A stretch of DNA of 64,000 bases from an uncultured delta proteobacterium (lineage in GTDB: Bacteria > Myxococcota > Myxococcia > SLRQ01): positions 544,001-608,000 of the forward strand of contig CAVSGM010000002.1 of NCBI GenBank assembly GCA_963727485.1, given 5' to 3'. This document shows, piece by piece, positions 1 through 9,561 of this stretch. Position 1 is the first letter of the stretch, and the number at the start of each line of letters is the position of its first letter. The translations under genes and the position numbers were made by a program. Under the pieces are notes generated by a model. It searched no databases and was not told the origin of the DNA. It saw only the letters and a program-made list of their open reading frames with translations.

Positions 1-330
1 GATGGTCCGGCCGATCTTGATGAGGTCCCCATCCTTGAGGACCTTCTCGCTGACCGCGGTGTCGTTGACGAAGGTCCCGTTGGTGGAGCCCAGGTCGCTG
101 ATGCGGAAACGGCCCTCGCCGTGGGTGATCCGCGCGTGGGACCTCGAGACCGACTCCTGGTCGATCTGGATGTCGGCCTTGGACGAACGGCCGATGATCA
201 TCTGGGCCTCGTAGAGCTCGTACTTCTTGCCCAGATCGACGCCATAGATCACCACGAGGCAGGCCTGCTTGGAGACCGGCTTCTCGGAGATCTTGCTGAT
301 GACGGTGACGACGGTCTTCTGGCTCGCCAC
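1..330 (-). CDS. FHA-domain signalling protein, N-terminal part (runs off the window; possibly an FHA-GGDEF diguanylate cyclase)
   Basis: Manual translation from GTG at 330 behind a GGAGG RBS: MASQKTVVTVISK...IIGRSSKADIQIDQESVSRSHARI...SDLGSTNGTFVN...LKDGDLIKIG, with the FHA GR, SRxH and NGT motifs. The C-terminal domain is not visible. Confidence 0.85.
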   Translation of the reverse strand, partial: MASQKTVVTVISKISEKPVSKQACLVVIYGVDLGKKYELYEAQMIIGRSSKADIQIDQESVSRSHARITHGEGRFRISDLGSTNGTFVNDTAVSEKVLKDGDLIKIGRTI

Positions 331-461
331 GATGCCCTCCAGCCTAGCACGGTGCCCGGGCGTTCGCCTCCCCGGGGCCCGGACGCAAGAAAGGCGCCGG
401 GGTCGCCGGCGCCTTTCCCGCACGGCCCGCCCGGGGGCGGACCGTCCTGGTCAGCTCCGCC

Positions 462-2732
462 CTACTGCGCGGTGATCCCCAGGTTGGAGAAGCCCTTCAC
501 CAGGACGCCGAGGCTGTCCAGGTTCTCCGAGTTGAACGCCGCCAGCTGGTCCAGGGTGGTGCCATCGGTGGTCATCACCGCCTGGGCATCGGCGCTCTCC
601 CCGGCCTCGAGGCGGTCCCCGCAGGGGGTGCTCGCGCCACCGCACATGTAGGCGGTGGGATCCGGGAGGGTGATCGGGCTCGTGGCGCTGGCGTGGTAGA
701 CCACCCAGCCCTGGTCCTGGCCGTTGGTGAGGGCGAGGCGGTAGAAGTCCGCGCCGTCCACCGCCGCCGGGGTGAACACCCGGGTCGCCGAGTCGAGGGT
801 GGCCCCCTTGGCGAACGGCATGTAGTCGGTGGTGCCGAAGTTGATCTCCTGCTGGTACCCGATGCTCGAGACCTCCTTGGAGAGGCCGGAGATCGCGGTG
901 CCACCGCCGCCGGTGAGGTTCCCGAAGCTCAGGGCGATGGAGAGGATGACGTAGTCGCTCCCCTCGATGCCGCCGTGCTCCGGCGCCAGGCGCATGGTCA
1001 CCTTGCCCGGATCCGGGTTGGCGCCGGTGTCGTTGACCACGCCGTTGGGGGTGTCGTTCTGGGGATCCGAGACGTCGGTCCCGGCGGTGACGCCCAGGGG
1101 CACGAGGCCCTGGCCGACCACCCGGGTGCCGCCGAGGATCACCGCACCGTCGAGGTAGCTCCCGTCCGCCAGGGTCGGCAGCTTCGGCACGTCGATGATG
1201 GCCTTGAGGCCCAGGGCGGTGTCGAAGTTCAGCGCCTGGTCGGGGAACTGGCTGAAGTCCGGCAGGGTCTTGGTGTTGTCGGCCGGATCCGGCACCCGGG
1301 GGTACTCGGAGATGGACACGCCCGGGGTCACCGAGGAGTAGAGACCGTTGAACAGCGGGAGGAGCTGACCCACGAGCTGCCCGATGGGCAGGTTCGAGGT
1401 GGAGCCGCCGCTGATCACCGGCCCGAGGACCTGGGTGACCTTGTCCAGCGGCAGGTTGCCGCCCAGCGCCCAGGCGGTGCGCAGCCCGGGGATGCCGAGG
1501 GGATCGTAGTCGCCCTTGAACATGTTGCTGCCGATGCCGAGGACCATGCCGCTGGGGAGCGGGACGTCCTGGTCGACGCCGGCGAGGCTGATGTGGGTCT
1601 GGATGAGCTCACCGATGAGCACCGAGAGGTCCAGGTCCATGAAGTTGCCGGGGATGGAGGTGCCGGCCAGGGCCAGGTGGACGCTGTCGGCGCCGAGCTT
1701 GGAGAAGTCGTCGGTGGTCAGGGTGCCCTTGTAGCCGCCCGACATGTCCGGGACCTTGTTCCGGGGCAGGTAGACCACCAGGTCGTTGGAGCTGGTGCCC
1801 ATGACGGTCACGTACTGGTAGCCGTTGGGGGCGTCGGTGTTGGTGGGATCGACGGCGGTGAACACGCTGACGTCGAAGCTGGTGCCACCGGGGCTGGCGA
1901 TGTCGACCACGCCCGTGTTGTCGGTCACGTCGTCGGTCTCGCCGGCGCTGGACTTGACCACCACCCGGGCGCCGGAGATGGGGCTCCGGGTCAGGGCGTC
2001 GAGGACGACCACCCGGACGTTGCCCGAGGTCGCCGCCGCGTAGTTGGTGTCCGTCACGGTGCACGAGGCGGAGCCGATGGTGGCGGTGATGGTGGCCGAG
2101 CCGGGAGCGGCGCCGCCGGTGATCGTGGCCATGGACGACTCGGAGGCGTCGGGCGCGACGCTGGCGACGGCGCTGCTCGAGGACCAGGTGAAGTTGGCGT
2201 CAGGCACCACGTACTGCCCGGCCTTGGTGGCGTAGGCGTGGAGCACCACCTTCTCACCGGCGTGGGTGTAGATGGGGGTCGGGGCGATGACGCAGCCGTC
2301 CGCCGTCTGACCGGTGGTGCACTTGCCGCCGATGCACTGGCCGGTGCCGTTGCAGTCGGCGGTGCTGGAGCACGCGGGGATCTCGCAGATGCCCTCGTCG
2401 CACACGCAGGCGCCGCCGCCGCAGGTGTCGGGGCTGAACTCCTGCTTGGAGCAGTCCGAGGCGGTGTTGCACAGGAGCTGACAGGCGCCGGTGCTCTTCT
2501 CACAGTACGGGGTGTAGCCGGTGTACTGGGTGGCGAGATCGCTGCAGTCGCGGTTGCTGACGCAGCAGCCGGCCTGGCCCAGGGTGCAGGCCCCGTTGTT
2601 GCCGCCGTCGGTGGTGCCGGCATCGGTGCCGCCGTCGGTACCGCCGCCGCTGGTGGGGCCGCAAGCGGCGAGGAGCGTCACGGCCGCGACCGTGAGCATG
2701 GGCATGGTAAGTCGACGCCTCGTACTGTGCAT
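462..2732 (-). CDS. Large Cys-rich lipoprotein with Ig-like and carboxypeptidase-regulatory-like domains
   Basis: 756-aa ORF with GGAGGGA RBS, lipobox LLAAC, Gly/Thr linker, Cys-rich region and a Big_2-like FTWSSSSAVASV segment. Confidence 0.75.
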   Translation of the reverse strand: MHSTRRRLTMPMLTVAAVTLLAACGPTSGGGTDGGTDAGTTDGGNNGACTLGQAGCCVSNRDCSDLATQYTGYTPYCEKSTGACQLLCNTASDCSKQEFSPDTCGGGACVCDEGICEIPACSSTADCNGTGQCIGGKCTTGQTADGCVIAPTPIYTHAGEKVVLHAYATKAGQYVVPDANFTWSSSSAVASVAPDASESSMATITGGAAPGSATITATIGSASCTVTDTNYAAATSGNVRVVVLDALTRSPISGARVVVKSSAGETDDVTDNTGVVDIASPGGTSFDVSVFTAVDPTNTDAPNGYQYVTVMGTSSNDLVVYLPRNKVPDMSGGYKGTLTTDDFSKLGADSVHLALAGTSIPGNFMDLDLSVLIGELIQTHISLAGVDQDVPLPSGMVLGIGSNMFKGDYDPLGIPGLRTAWALGGNLPLDKVTQVLGPVISGGSTSNLPIGQLVGQLLPLFNGLYSSVTPGVSISEYPRVPDPADNTKTLPDFSQFPDQALNFDTALGLKAIIDVPKLPTLADGSYLDGAVILGGTRVVGQGLVPLGVTAGTDVSDPQNDTPNGVVNDTGANPDPGKVTMRLAPEHGGIEGSDYVILSIALSFGNLTGGGGTAISGLSKEVSSIGYQQEINFGTTDYMPFAKGATLDSATRVFTPAAVDGADFYRLALTNGQDQGWVVYHASATSPITLPDPTAYMCGGASTPCGDRLEAGESADAQAVMTTDGTTLDQLAAFNSENLDSLGVLVKGFSNLGITAQ

Positions 2733-2824
2733 GTTCCCTCCCTCCGAGATCCGTCGGAGATTGTATCGATGTCGCCCCTGCGCAAAGGTCGATCGGAGCG
2801 ACAGGGTCGCATTGATCCCACGCG

Positions 2825-2842
2825 CTTGACACAGGTGTCAAG
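2825..2842. promoter_or_regulatory. Inverted repeat CTTGACAC-AG-GTGTCAAG in a divergent intergenic region (operator or overlapping -35 boxes)
   Basis: Perfect 8-bp arms; TTGACA is present on both strands. Confidence 0.45.
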
Positions 2843-2928
2843 GCGACCTCGACCGCGATTCCTGCGGGTCAGGGTGGCGTCCGCCACGACGCAGCGCGGC
2901 ATGGCGGGAGACGCGCTAGGATGGACCG

Positions 2929-3399
2929 GTGAACCGCCCGCCCCCCAGGCCCGGACGCCGCCGCCAGCGCGGCCTCGCCCCGGTCGCCGCCCCGCTGGCG
3001 AGGGTGGCCCGGGGCCTCGGCGCCGCCCCGGGCTACGGGCGCCTCCAGGTCGCCTGGGCCCTGGCCGCCGGGGATCGCCTGGGCCAGCGCACCCGGGTCC
3101 GGGGCCTCGACGGAACCTGCCTCTCCGTCGCCGTCCCCGACGAGGCCTGGGCCGCCCAGCTCGGGGCGCTCCAGGGGACCTTCCTCGGGCGCCTGGCCCG
3201 GACCCTCGGCCCGGGGGTGGTGCGCCGCCTGCGCTTCGACGTGGTCCCAGGCGAGGTGCGGGTGCCCGACGCCCCGGCCACCCCTCGCCCCCGGGCGGTC
3301 ACCGACGCCGACCGCCGGGAGGTCGCCGACGCGGGGGTCACCGATCCCGACCTCGCCGAGGCCATCGCCCGGGCCATGGCCGCCAGCCGCGGTCGCTAG
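2929..3399 (+). CDS. dciA: DciA (DUF721) family helicase-loading protein
   Basis: W..AAG..LGQRTRV...GTCLSVAV...AWAAQL...LRF pattern typical of DUF721. Confidence 0.7.
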   Translation: MNRPPPRPGRRRQRGLAPVAAPLARVARGLGAAPGYGRLQVAWALAAGDRLGQRTRVRGLDGTCLSVAVPDEAWAAQLGALQGTFLGRLARTLGPGVVRRLRFDVVPGEVRVPDAPATPRPRAVTDADRREVADAGVTDPDLAEAIARAMAASRGR

Positions 3400-3408
3400 G
3401 GTCGGTGC

Positions 3409-4173
3409 CTACGGGCGAGCGCCGTCGAGGGCGTCGATGACCGCCCGGGCCAGGTCCTCGGCCCTCGGCGTCGCCGCGGCGGTGCCCGGGAGCCCCGCGG
3501 CCTCGAGGGCGGCGAGGGTGGTCCCGCCGATGGCCACCAGGGCGACGTCGCGAAGGCGCGCCGCGTCGTCGCCGAGCCCCTCGACCAGCGCCTCCACCCC
3601 GGAGGGCGAGGTGAAGACCACCGCGTCCAGGCGCCCCTGGCGCAGGTCCGCCCGGAGGACCTCCGCGGCCGCCGGGCGCCCCACGGTCCGGTAGGCGGTG
3701 ACCACGGTGACCGCCGCCCCCCGGGCCCGGGCGCCGTCGGGGAAGAGGTCGAGCCCCCCCTCGGCCCGGGGAAGCAGGACCCGGGCGCCGGCGAGGGCGC
3801 CTTCGGGGAAGACGTCGAGGAGCGCCTCCGCCCCACCCCGGTCCGGCTGGAGCGCCACCGGGATCCCGGCGTCCCCCAGGGCCCGGGCCGTGGCCCGGCC
3901 CACCGCGGCGACCCGGGCGCCGCCGAGACCCGCCGCGGTCGCCCCGGCGCCGACCACCGCCGCCACCGCGTTCGCGGACGTGAACACCACCCAGTCCCAC
4001 CCCTCGGCCAGGGTCGCCGCCAGCGCCCCGGGATCCGCCGGGGGCGCCACCTCGATGGCGGGCGCCAGGCGCACCTCGGCCCCCAGGGTCTCCAGGCGGT
4101 CCACCAGCTCTCCGGCCCGTGCCGCCGGCCGGGTCACGGCCACCAGGCGCCCGGCGAGAGGCCGGCCAGCCAC
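3409..4173 (-). CDS. hemD: Uroporphyrinogen-III synthase
   Basis: [32 protein letters not shown] and AIG motifs; lies downstream of hemC. Confidence 0.93.
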   Translation of the reverse strand: MAGRPLAGRLVAVTRPAARAGELVDRLETLGAEVRLAPAIEVAPPADPGALAATLAEGWDWVVFTSANAVAAVVGAGATAAGLGGARVAAVGRATARALGDAGIPVALQPDRGGAEALLDVFPEGALAGARVLLPRAEGGLDLFPDGARARGAAVTVVTAYRTVGRPAAAEVLRADLRQGRLDAVVFTSPSGVEALVEGLGDDAARLRDVALVAIGGTTLAALEAAGLPGTAAATPRAEDLARAVIDALDGARP

Positions 4174-4176
4174 CCC

Positions 4177-5113
4177 TCAAGCCTCCTGGGCGTAGACCGC
4201 CGCGAGGATGTCCCGGGCGCCGTCGGCGAGGAGCCGATCCCCGAGACCGCGGCCCAGGGCCTCGGCGCCCGCGGGGTCGGCCCGGTCCTCGGCGCGGATC
4301 ACCCGGCCGCCGTCGAGGTCGGCGACCAGGGCCCGCATCCACAGGCCCCCGCCGTCGACCACGCAGTACCCACCGATGGGCACCTGGCACCCGCCCTCGA
4401 GGCGATCGAGCAGGGCCCGCTCGGCGGCGACGCAGCGCCCGGTGTCCGGGTCGTCGAGGACCGAGACCAGCCCCCGCACCCGGTCGTCGTCGAGGCGCGC
4501 CTCGAGACCCAAGGCCCCCTGGCCGATGGCCGGGAGCGAGACCTCCGGGTCGAGGCGCTCGGTGATCCGCTCGCCGAAGCCCAGGCGCTTGAGGCCGGCG
4601 CAGGCGAGGATCACCGCGGCGAGGTCGTCGCTCTCGAGCTTGCCGAGGCGGGTGCCGACGTTGCCGCGGATGCTCGACCATCTCGAGGTCCGGGCGCCTC
4701 GCCTTGAGCTGGGCGGCGCGCCGGAGGCTGCTGGTGCCCACCCGCGCCCCCTGGGGGAGGCTGGCGAAGCCGGGGGTCGCCTTCGGGTCTCGGGCGACGA
4801 AGGCGTCGTGGGGGTCCTCGCGGGCGGACGTGGCCACCAGCCCCAGGCCCTCGGGGAGGACGGTGGGCACGTCCTTCATGGAGTGGACCGCGAGGTCGAT
4901 GTCGCCGGAGAGGAGGCGCTCCTCGATCTCCTTGACGAACAGCGCCTTGCCCCCGACCTGGGCCAGGGGCACGTCGAGGATCTTGTCCCCCATGGTGACC
5001 ACGTGGACCAGCTCGACCTCGAGGCCATCATGGGCCGCCTCGAGGCGGGCCTTCACGTGCTCCGCCTGCCACAGGGCCAGCGGGCTCTTCCGGGTTCCGA
5101 TGCGCAGCCTCAC
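4177..5113 (-). CDS. hemC: Hydroxymethylbilane synthase (+1 frameshift near 4672, likely a sequencing error)
   Basis: [35 protein letters not shown], then IRGNVGTRL...EGGCQVPIG in the next frame; GTGA overlap with the hemA stop. Confidence 0.93.
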
Positions 5114-6549
5114 CCCTGCCCCTTTCCACCTGCCCTGTCGATGGGCACCACGTTGTTCACCACGCCCCCGTGGTCGTCTTCGTCGTCGTCCCCGGCCGCC
5201 GCGCCGCCCCCGCCCTCGCGCTCGAGGCGGGCCAGCCGCGCCGCCCGGCGCCGGGCCTTCTCGGAGGCGATGGCGGCGGTGACCGCGTCCACGTCGAGGG
5301 CGAAGAGGCTGACCACCGCCGCGGCGAGGCGCTCGCCGTCGTGGGTGGCCGCCGTGCCCCGGAGGACGGTGGTGGGCTCGTGGAGGAGCTTGTTCACGAT
5401 GGCCTGGGCCATGGCCTCCACGCTCTGCACCTGCTTGTCGGTGAGCCCGGCGCCGGCGAGGTTCGCGAGCGTCCGGGCGGCCTCGGCCTCGGCGATCTCC
5501 GAGGCGGTGTGGCGCAGGGCCGCCACCACGGGCATCACCGCCCTCGCCTGCTCCTCGGCGAGGTACTCGGCGACCTCCCGGCGGACGATGCGATCGCCCT
5601 TCTCGGCCTCCTGGGCCCGCTGCCGGAGGTTGTCGTCGACGACCTTCTCCATGTCGTCGACGTCGTAGGCGTAGACGTTGTCGAGGTCGTTGACCGCCGG
5701 GTCCACGTCCCGGGGGACCGCCAGGTCGATGAGGAAGATGGGCCGGTAGCGCCGCGCCCGGATGACCTTGGCCATCTGGTCCCGGGTGATGAGGAAGCCC
5801 GGGGCGGCGGTGGAGGAGAGGACGATGTCCACCTCCTCGAGCAGCGCGCCCACCTGGGAGAGGGGCCGCGCCTCGCCGGCGAACCTGGCGGCCAGGGCCT
5901 CGGCCTTGTCCAGGGAGCGGTTGGCGACCACCACGCTCCCGGCGCCGTTGGTCCGCAGGTGGGTGGCGGCCAGCTCGCTCATCTCGCCGGCGCCCATGAT
6001 GAGGATGCGCTTGTCCTTGAGCTCGCCGAAGATCTTCCGGGCGAGCTCCACGGCGACGAAGCTCATGGAGACCGCGTTCTCCCCGATGGTGGTCTCGTTG
6101 CGGATCTTCTTGGCCACCTGGAAGGCACGGCTGAAGATGCGCTCGATGCGGGGGCCGGCGTTGCGGCTCTCCCGGGCCGCCTGGAAGCCGGTCTTCACCT
6201 GTCCCAGGATCTGGGGCTCGCCCACGACCATGGAGTCGAGGCTCGAGGCCACGCGGAACAGGTGGGTCAGGGCCTGGGCGCCGGTCTTGAGGTAGAGGTG
6301 GGGCGCCAGGTCGGTGGCGCTGCGCTCGGCCATCCAGTCCGCCACCTCCGCGGTCCCCGAGTCCCCGTCGGCGGCGATGCCGTAGATCTCGGTGCGGTTG
6401 CAGGTGGAGACGATGATGGTCTCGCTGATCCCCGGCAGGCGCCGGAGCCGGGAGAGCGCCAGCTCCAGGGCGTCCCCGGAGAACGCGAGTCGTTCGCGCA
6501 CCTCGATGGGGGCGGTCTTGTGGGAGAGTCCGGCGAGGAAGAGGTCCAT
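5110..6549 (-). CDS. hemA: Glutamyl-tRNA reductase
   Basis: [44 protein letters not shown] and DLAVPRD motifs. Confidence 0.96.
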   Translation of the reverse strand: MDLFLAGLSHKTAPIEVRERLAFSGDALELALSRLRRLPGISETIIVSTCNRTEIYGIAADGDSGTAEVADWMAERSATDLAPHLYLKTGAQALTHLFRVASSLDSMVVGEPQILGQVKTGFQAARESRNAGPRIERIFSRAFQVAKKIRNETTIGENAVSMSFVAVELARKIFGELKDKRILIMGAGEMSELAATHLRTNGAGSVVVANRSLDKAEALAARFAGEARPLSQVGALLEEVDIVLSSTAAPGFLITRDQMAKVIRARRYRPIFLIDLAVPRDVDPAVNDLDNVYAYDVDDMEKVVDDNLRQRAQEAEKGDRIVRREVAEYLAEEQARAVMPVVAALRHTASEIAEAEAARTLANLAGAGLTDKQVQSVEAMAQAIVNKLLHEPTTVLRGTAATHDGERLAAAVVSLFALDVDAVTAAIASEKARRRAARLARLEREGGGGAAAGDDDEDDHGGVVNNVVPIDRAGGKGQG

Positions 6550-6575
6550 GGTGCGGGGGGGGCTTGGGAGCCGGC

Positions 6576-7397
6576 TCAGGTGAAGCTGCCCCAGTGCCGA
6601 CCGAGGTCGAACATCCGGAGGGTGACGAAGGAGCCAATCATGACGGCGAAACCAAGGAGGGTGATAAGCGCGGCACGGCGTCCGCGCCAACCCGCGATCC
6701 ACCGGGAGACGATGAGCCCTGCGTAGAGCACCCAGGCGAGGATGGCGCTGACCTGCCTCGGGTCCCAGGCGAAGTAGCTGTGCCACAGGCGCCCGGCCCA
6801 GAGGGTGCCGGTGATGATCGCCAGGGAGAGGAGCACGAAGCCCACCCGGACCAGGTTGTAGTTCAGGGCGTCGAGGGCCTCGAGGGACGGCAGGCGGCCA
6901 TAGAGCCCCCCGAAATCCTTGGACTTCATCTTGTGCTCGAGGATGAGGTAGAGGACCGCCACCGCCGCGGCCACCGCCAGGGAAGCGTCCCCGAGGAAGG
7001 CCATGGTGATGTGGATGGGCAGCCAGGTGCTCCGAAGCGACGCCGGAGGCGGCCCGCCGTTCTGGGGGATGAGCACCGAGGAGATCATCGCCACCACCAC
7101 CAGCGGGGTGACGAAGGCGCCGATGACCGCCCGCTTCACCTTGGCCTGGATGATCAGGTAGACGATGGCGAGGCTGAAGGCGAACCAGCTCAGGGCCTCG
7201 CGGAAGTTGGCCACCGGGGTGAGGCCGAGCTGGACCCACCGCAGGCCGATGGTCACCGCGTGGGTGACCACGGCGCCGTAGAGGAGCCAGAGGCCGAAGC
7301 GCTCGGTCCTCACCCGCGGGGCCAAGAGGTGGCCCAGGTAGGCGAAGGCCGACAGGACGTAGAGGACCGTGCTGATCTTGAGGAAGAGGAAGGCCAT
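6576..7397 (-). CDS. ccsA: Cytochrome c biogenesis protein CcsA/HemX-like membrane protein
   Basis: Multiple TM helices, LPSLEALD, and a W-rich motif [15 protein letters not shown]; directly upstream of hemA. Confidence 0.88.
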   Translation of the reverse strand: MAFLFLKISTVLYVLSAFAYLGHLLAPRVRTERFGLWLLYGAVVTHAVTIGLRWVQLGLTPVANFREALSWFAFSLAIVYLIIQAKVKRAVIGAFVTPLVVVAMISSVLIPQNGGPPPASLRSTWLPIHITMAFLGDASLAVAAAVAVLYLILEHKMKSKDFGGLYGRLPSLEALDALNYNLVRVGFVLLSLAIITGTLWAGRLWHSYFAWDPRQVSAILAWVLYAGLIVSRWIAGWRGRRAALITLLGFAVMIGSFVTLRMFDLGRHWGSFT

Positions 7398-7400
7398 GGG

Positions 7401-7880
7401 CTAGCGCAGGTTGTCGAGGAGGAAGCGCGCCAGCATCGCCTCCGCGTCCTCGTCGGGTGGGGGTTCGGCGTCGGGGGGGGGCGGCTCGGGGGCCGGCTCG
7501 GGGGGGGAGGCCTCGGGGGCCGCTTCGGGGGCGGGTGCCGGGGGCTCGGCGGCGGCGTGCTCGGGGGGGCGCGCGCCTTCGGGGAGGCGGACCTTGGCGA
7601 GGAAGCCGTTCTGCACGTCGTAGGCGGTGTCCTCGAGGATCACCGAGTCGGCGTAGTGCTCGCCCCCGGCCTCGGCGACCTGGTCCAAGGTCTTCACCTT
7701 GCCGATGAGCCCGGCCGGGTCGCCGCCATCGCCGGCCACCTGGACGAAGCGCACCGCCGGCTCGAGGACATAGCGGCGGGCGTCCCCCCGGATGACCATC
7801 TCGTTGCCGGAGAAGTCGATCTTCTCCTGCATCATCCAGTTGTCGAGCATCTCCTGGGAGACGAAGAGGAAGTCGGCCAT
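7401..7880 (-). CDS. Hypothetical protein with Pro-rich linker and C-terminal LARFLLDNL helix
   Basis: ATG at 7880, typical GC3 codon bias, stop 3 nt before the ccsA start. Confidence 0.7.
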   Translation of the reverse strand: MADFLFVSQEMLDNWMMQEKIDFSGNEMVIRGDARRYVLEPAVRFVQVAGDGGDPAGLIGKVKTLDQVAEAGGEHYADSVILEDTAYDVQNGFLAKVRLPEGARPPEHAAAEPPAPAPEAAPEASPPEPAPEPPPPDAEPPPDEDAEAMLARFLLDNLR

Positions 7881-8076
7881 GCAGGGTCCAGGGGCGGGTC
7901 GAGGGTGGCGCGGCGCGGCCGCGGGGGCAACCATAAGCAGCATGGGGCGCCAGGAGGCAAGCGCACGCGTTCGCCGGCGCCCCGCTGGTTTGACCGCCTG
8001 CCCCTGTCGTACTAGATCCACGCTCCCCGGACACCCCTGATCCCCCGGGACGCAACCCACTCAAGGAGTACCGACC

Positions 8077-8406
8077 ATGGCCTCGGAGCAGATCATCGAG
8101 CTCACCGACGACAACTGGCAGAAGGAGGTCATCTCCTCCGACCAGCCCGTCCTCGTGGACTTCTGGGCCCCCTGGTGCGTCCCCTGCCGCGCCATCGCCC
8201 CCCACGTCGAGGCCCTGGCGGCCCAGTACGAGGGCAAGGTCCGGGTGGGCAAGATCAACATCGACGACCACCAGCAGCCGCCCCGCCAGTACGGCGTCCG
8301 CGGCATCCCCACCCTGCTGCTCTTCAAGGACGGCAAGGTGGTCGACCAGATTGTCGGGGCCGTGGGCAAGGACAAGCTCGAGGCCATGATCACCAAGCAG
8401 CTCTAG
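8077..8406 (+). CDS. trxA: Thioredoxin
   Basis: VLVDFWAPWCVPC and GIPTLLLFKDG; AAGGAG RBS. Confidence 0.96.
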   Translation: MASEQIIELTDDNWQKEVISSDQPVLVDFWAPWCVPCRAIAPHVEALAAQYEGKVRVGKINIDDHQQPPRQYGVRGIPTLLLFKDGKVVDQIVGAVGKDKLEAMITKQL

Positions 8407-8448
8407 GGCTGCCCCGCGGCCCCGGGGCGGGCCGCCAGCGCCGGGCGA

Positions 8449-9561
8449 TCAGAACATCGTCCGGCGCATGCTCACGTTGAGCAAGAGCCCCACCGCCAGC
8501 AGGGTGGTCACCACGTTGGACCCGCCGTAGCTCATCAGCGGCAGGGTCACGCCGACCACCGGCAGCACCCCCGTGACCATCCCGATGTTCACGAACACGT
8601 GCCAGAAGACGATGGCCGCCGCCCCCACCGAGAGGAAGACCCCGAAGCGGTCCTTGGCCTGGGAGGCGACGTTGACGGCCATCCCCAGGAGCACCGCGTA
8701 GAGGCCGATGAGGAGCACGCTCCCCCAGAAGCCGTGCTCCTCCGCCCACACCGAGAAGATGAAGTCGGTGTGCTGCTCGGGGAGGAACGAGAGCTGGGTC
8801 TGGGTCCCCTCGCCCCACCCCTTGCCCCACAGCCCCCCGGAGCCGATGGCGATCATCGACTGGTTGGCGTGGTAGCCGGCGCCGAGTGCGTCGCCCTCGG
8901 GGTTGAGGAAGGTGAGGATGCGCTGCTTCTGGTAGTCCTTGAGCAGCCACAGCCAGCTGGTGGCCGCCAGCGCCACCCCGGCGCCGGCGAGCCCGATGAG
9001 GGTCCTCTTCTCGACCCGGGCGAAGAGGATCAGGGTGCCGCCGATGGCGAGGATGAGCATCGCCGTCCCCAGGTCCGGCTGCTTCATCACCAGGGCCACG
9101 GGGATGAGGACCAACAGCGCCGGCCGCCACAGGCGCAGGAGGGTCTGGCCCTGCTTGTCCTCCTTGTCCTCGTGGTAGTAGCGCGCCAGCGCCAGGACCA
9201 CCGCGAGCTTGGCGAGCTCCGAGGGCTGGAAGCGGATGCCGAAGTCGAGCCACCGCTGGGCGCCCTTGCTCACCTGCCCGAACATCAGGGTGGCCACCAG
9301 CAGCCCCACCACCGCGATGTAGAAGGGATAGGCGGCGTGGAGGAGGTGGCGGTAGTCGAAGGCCGAGAGGAGGAGCGCCGCCACCAGGCCCACGCCGATC
9401 CACACCGCCTGGGGCGCCCAGACGTTGGCGTGGGCGGCCCGGCTGGCGCTGGCGAGGTTCCACACCCCGATGACGCCGATGGTGAGGGTGATGGCCAGAA
9501 GCCCCCAGTTGAAGTTCTTGATCAGCCGGCGCTCGGCGGGCTGGTAGAGCATGGCGCTCAC
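8449..9561 (-). CDS. rodA: Rod shape-determining SEDS glycosyltransferase RodA
   Basis: GAQRW, QPSELAK, QPDLGTA, LPEQHTDFIFS and LPLMSYGGS; the start overlaps the mrdA stop (alternative ATG at 9552). Confidence 0.95.
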   Translation of the reverse strand: MSAMLYQPAERRLIKNFNWGLLAITLTIGVIGVWNLASASRAAHANVWAPQAVWIGVGLVAALLLSAFDYRHLLHAAYPFYIAVVGLLVATLMFGQVSKGAQRWLDFGIRFQPSELAKLAVVLALARYYHEDKEDKQGQTLLRLWRPALLVLIPVALVMKQPDLGTAMLILAIGGTLILFARVEKRTLIGLAGAGVALAATSWLWLLKDYQKQRILTFLNPEGDALGAGYHANQSMIAIGSGGLWGKGWGEGTQTQLSFLPEQHTDFIFSVWAEEHGFWGSVLLIGLYAVLLGMAVNVASQAKDRFGVFLSVGAAAIVFWHVFVNIGMVTGVLPVVGVTLPLMSYGGSNVVTTLLAVGLLLNVSMRRTMF

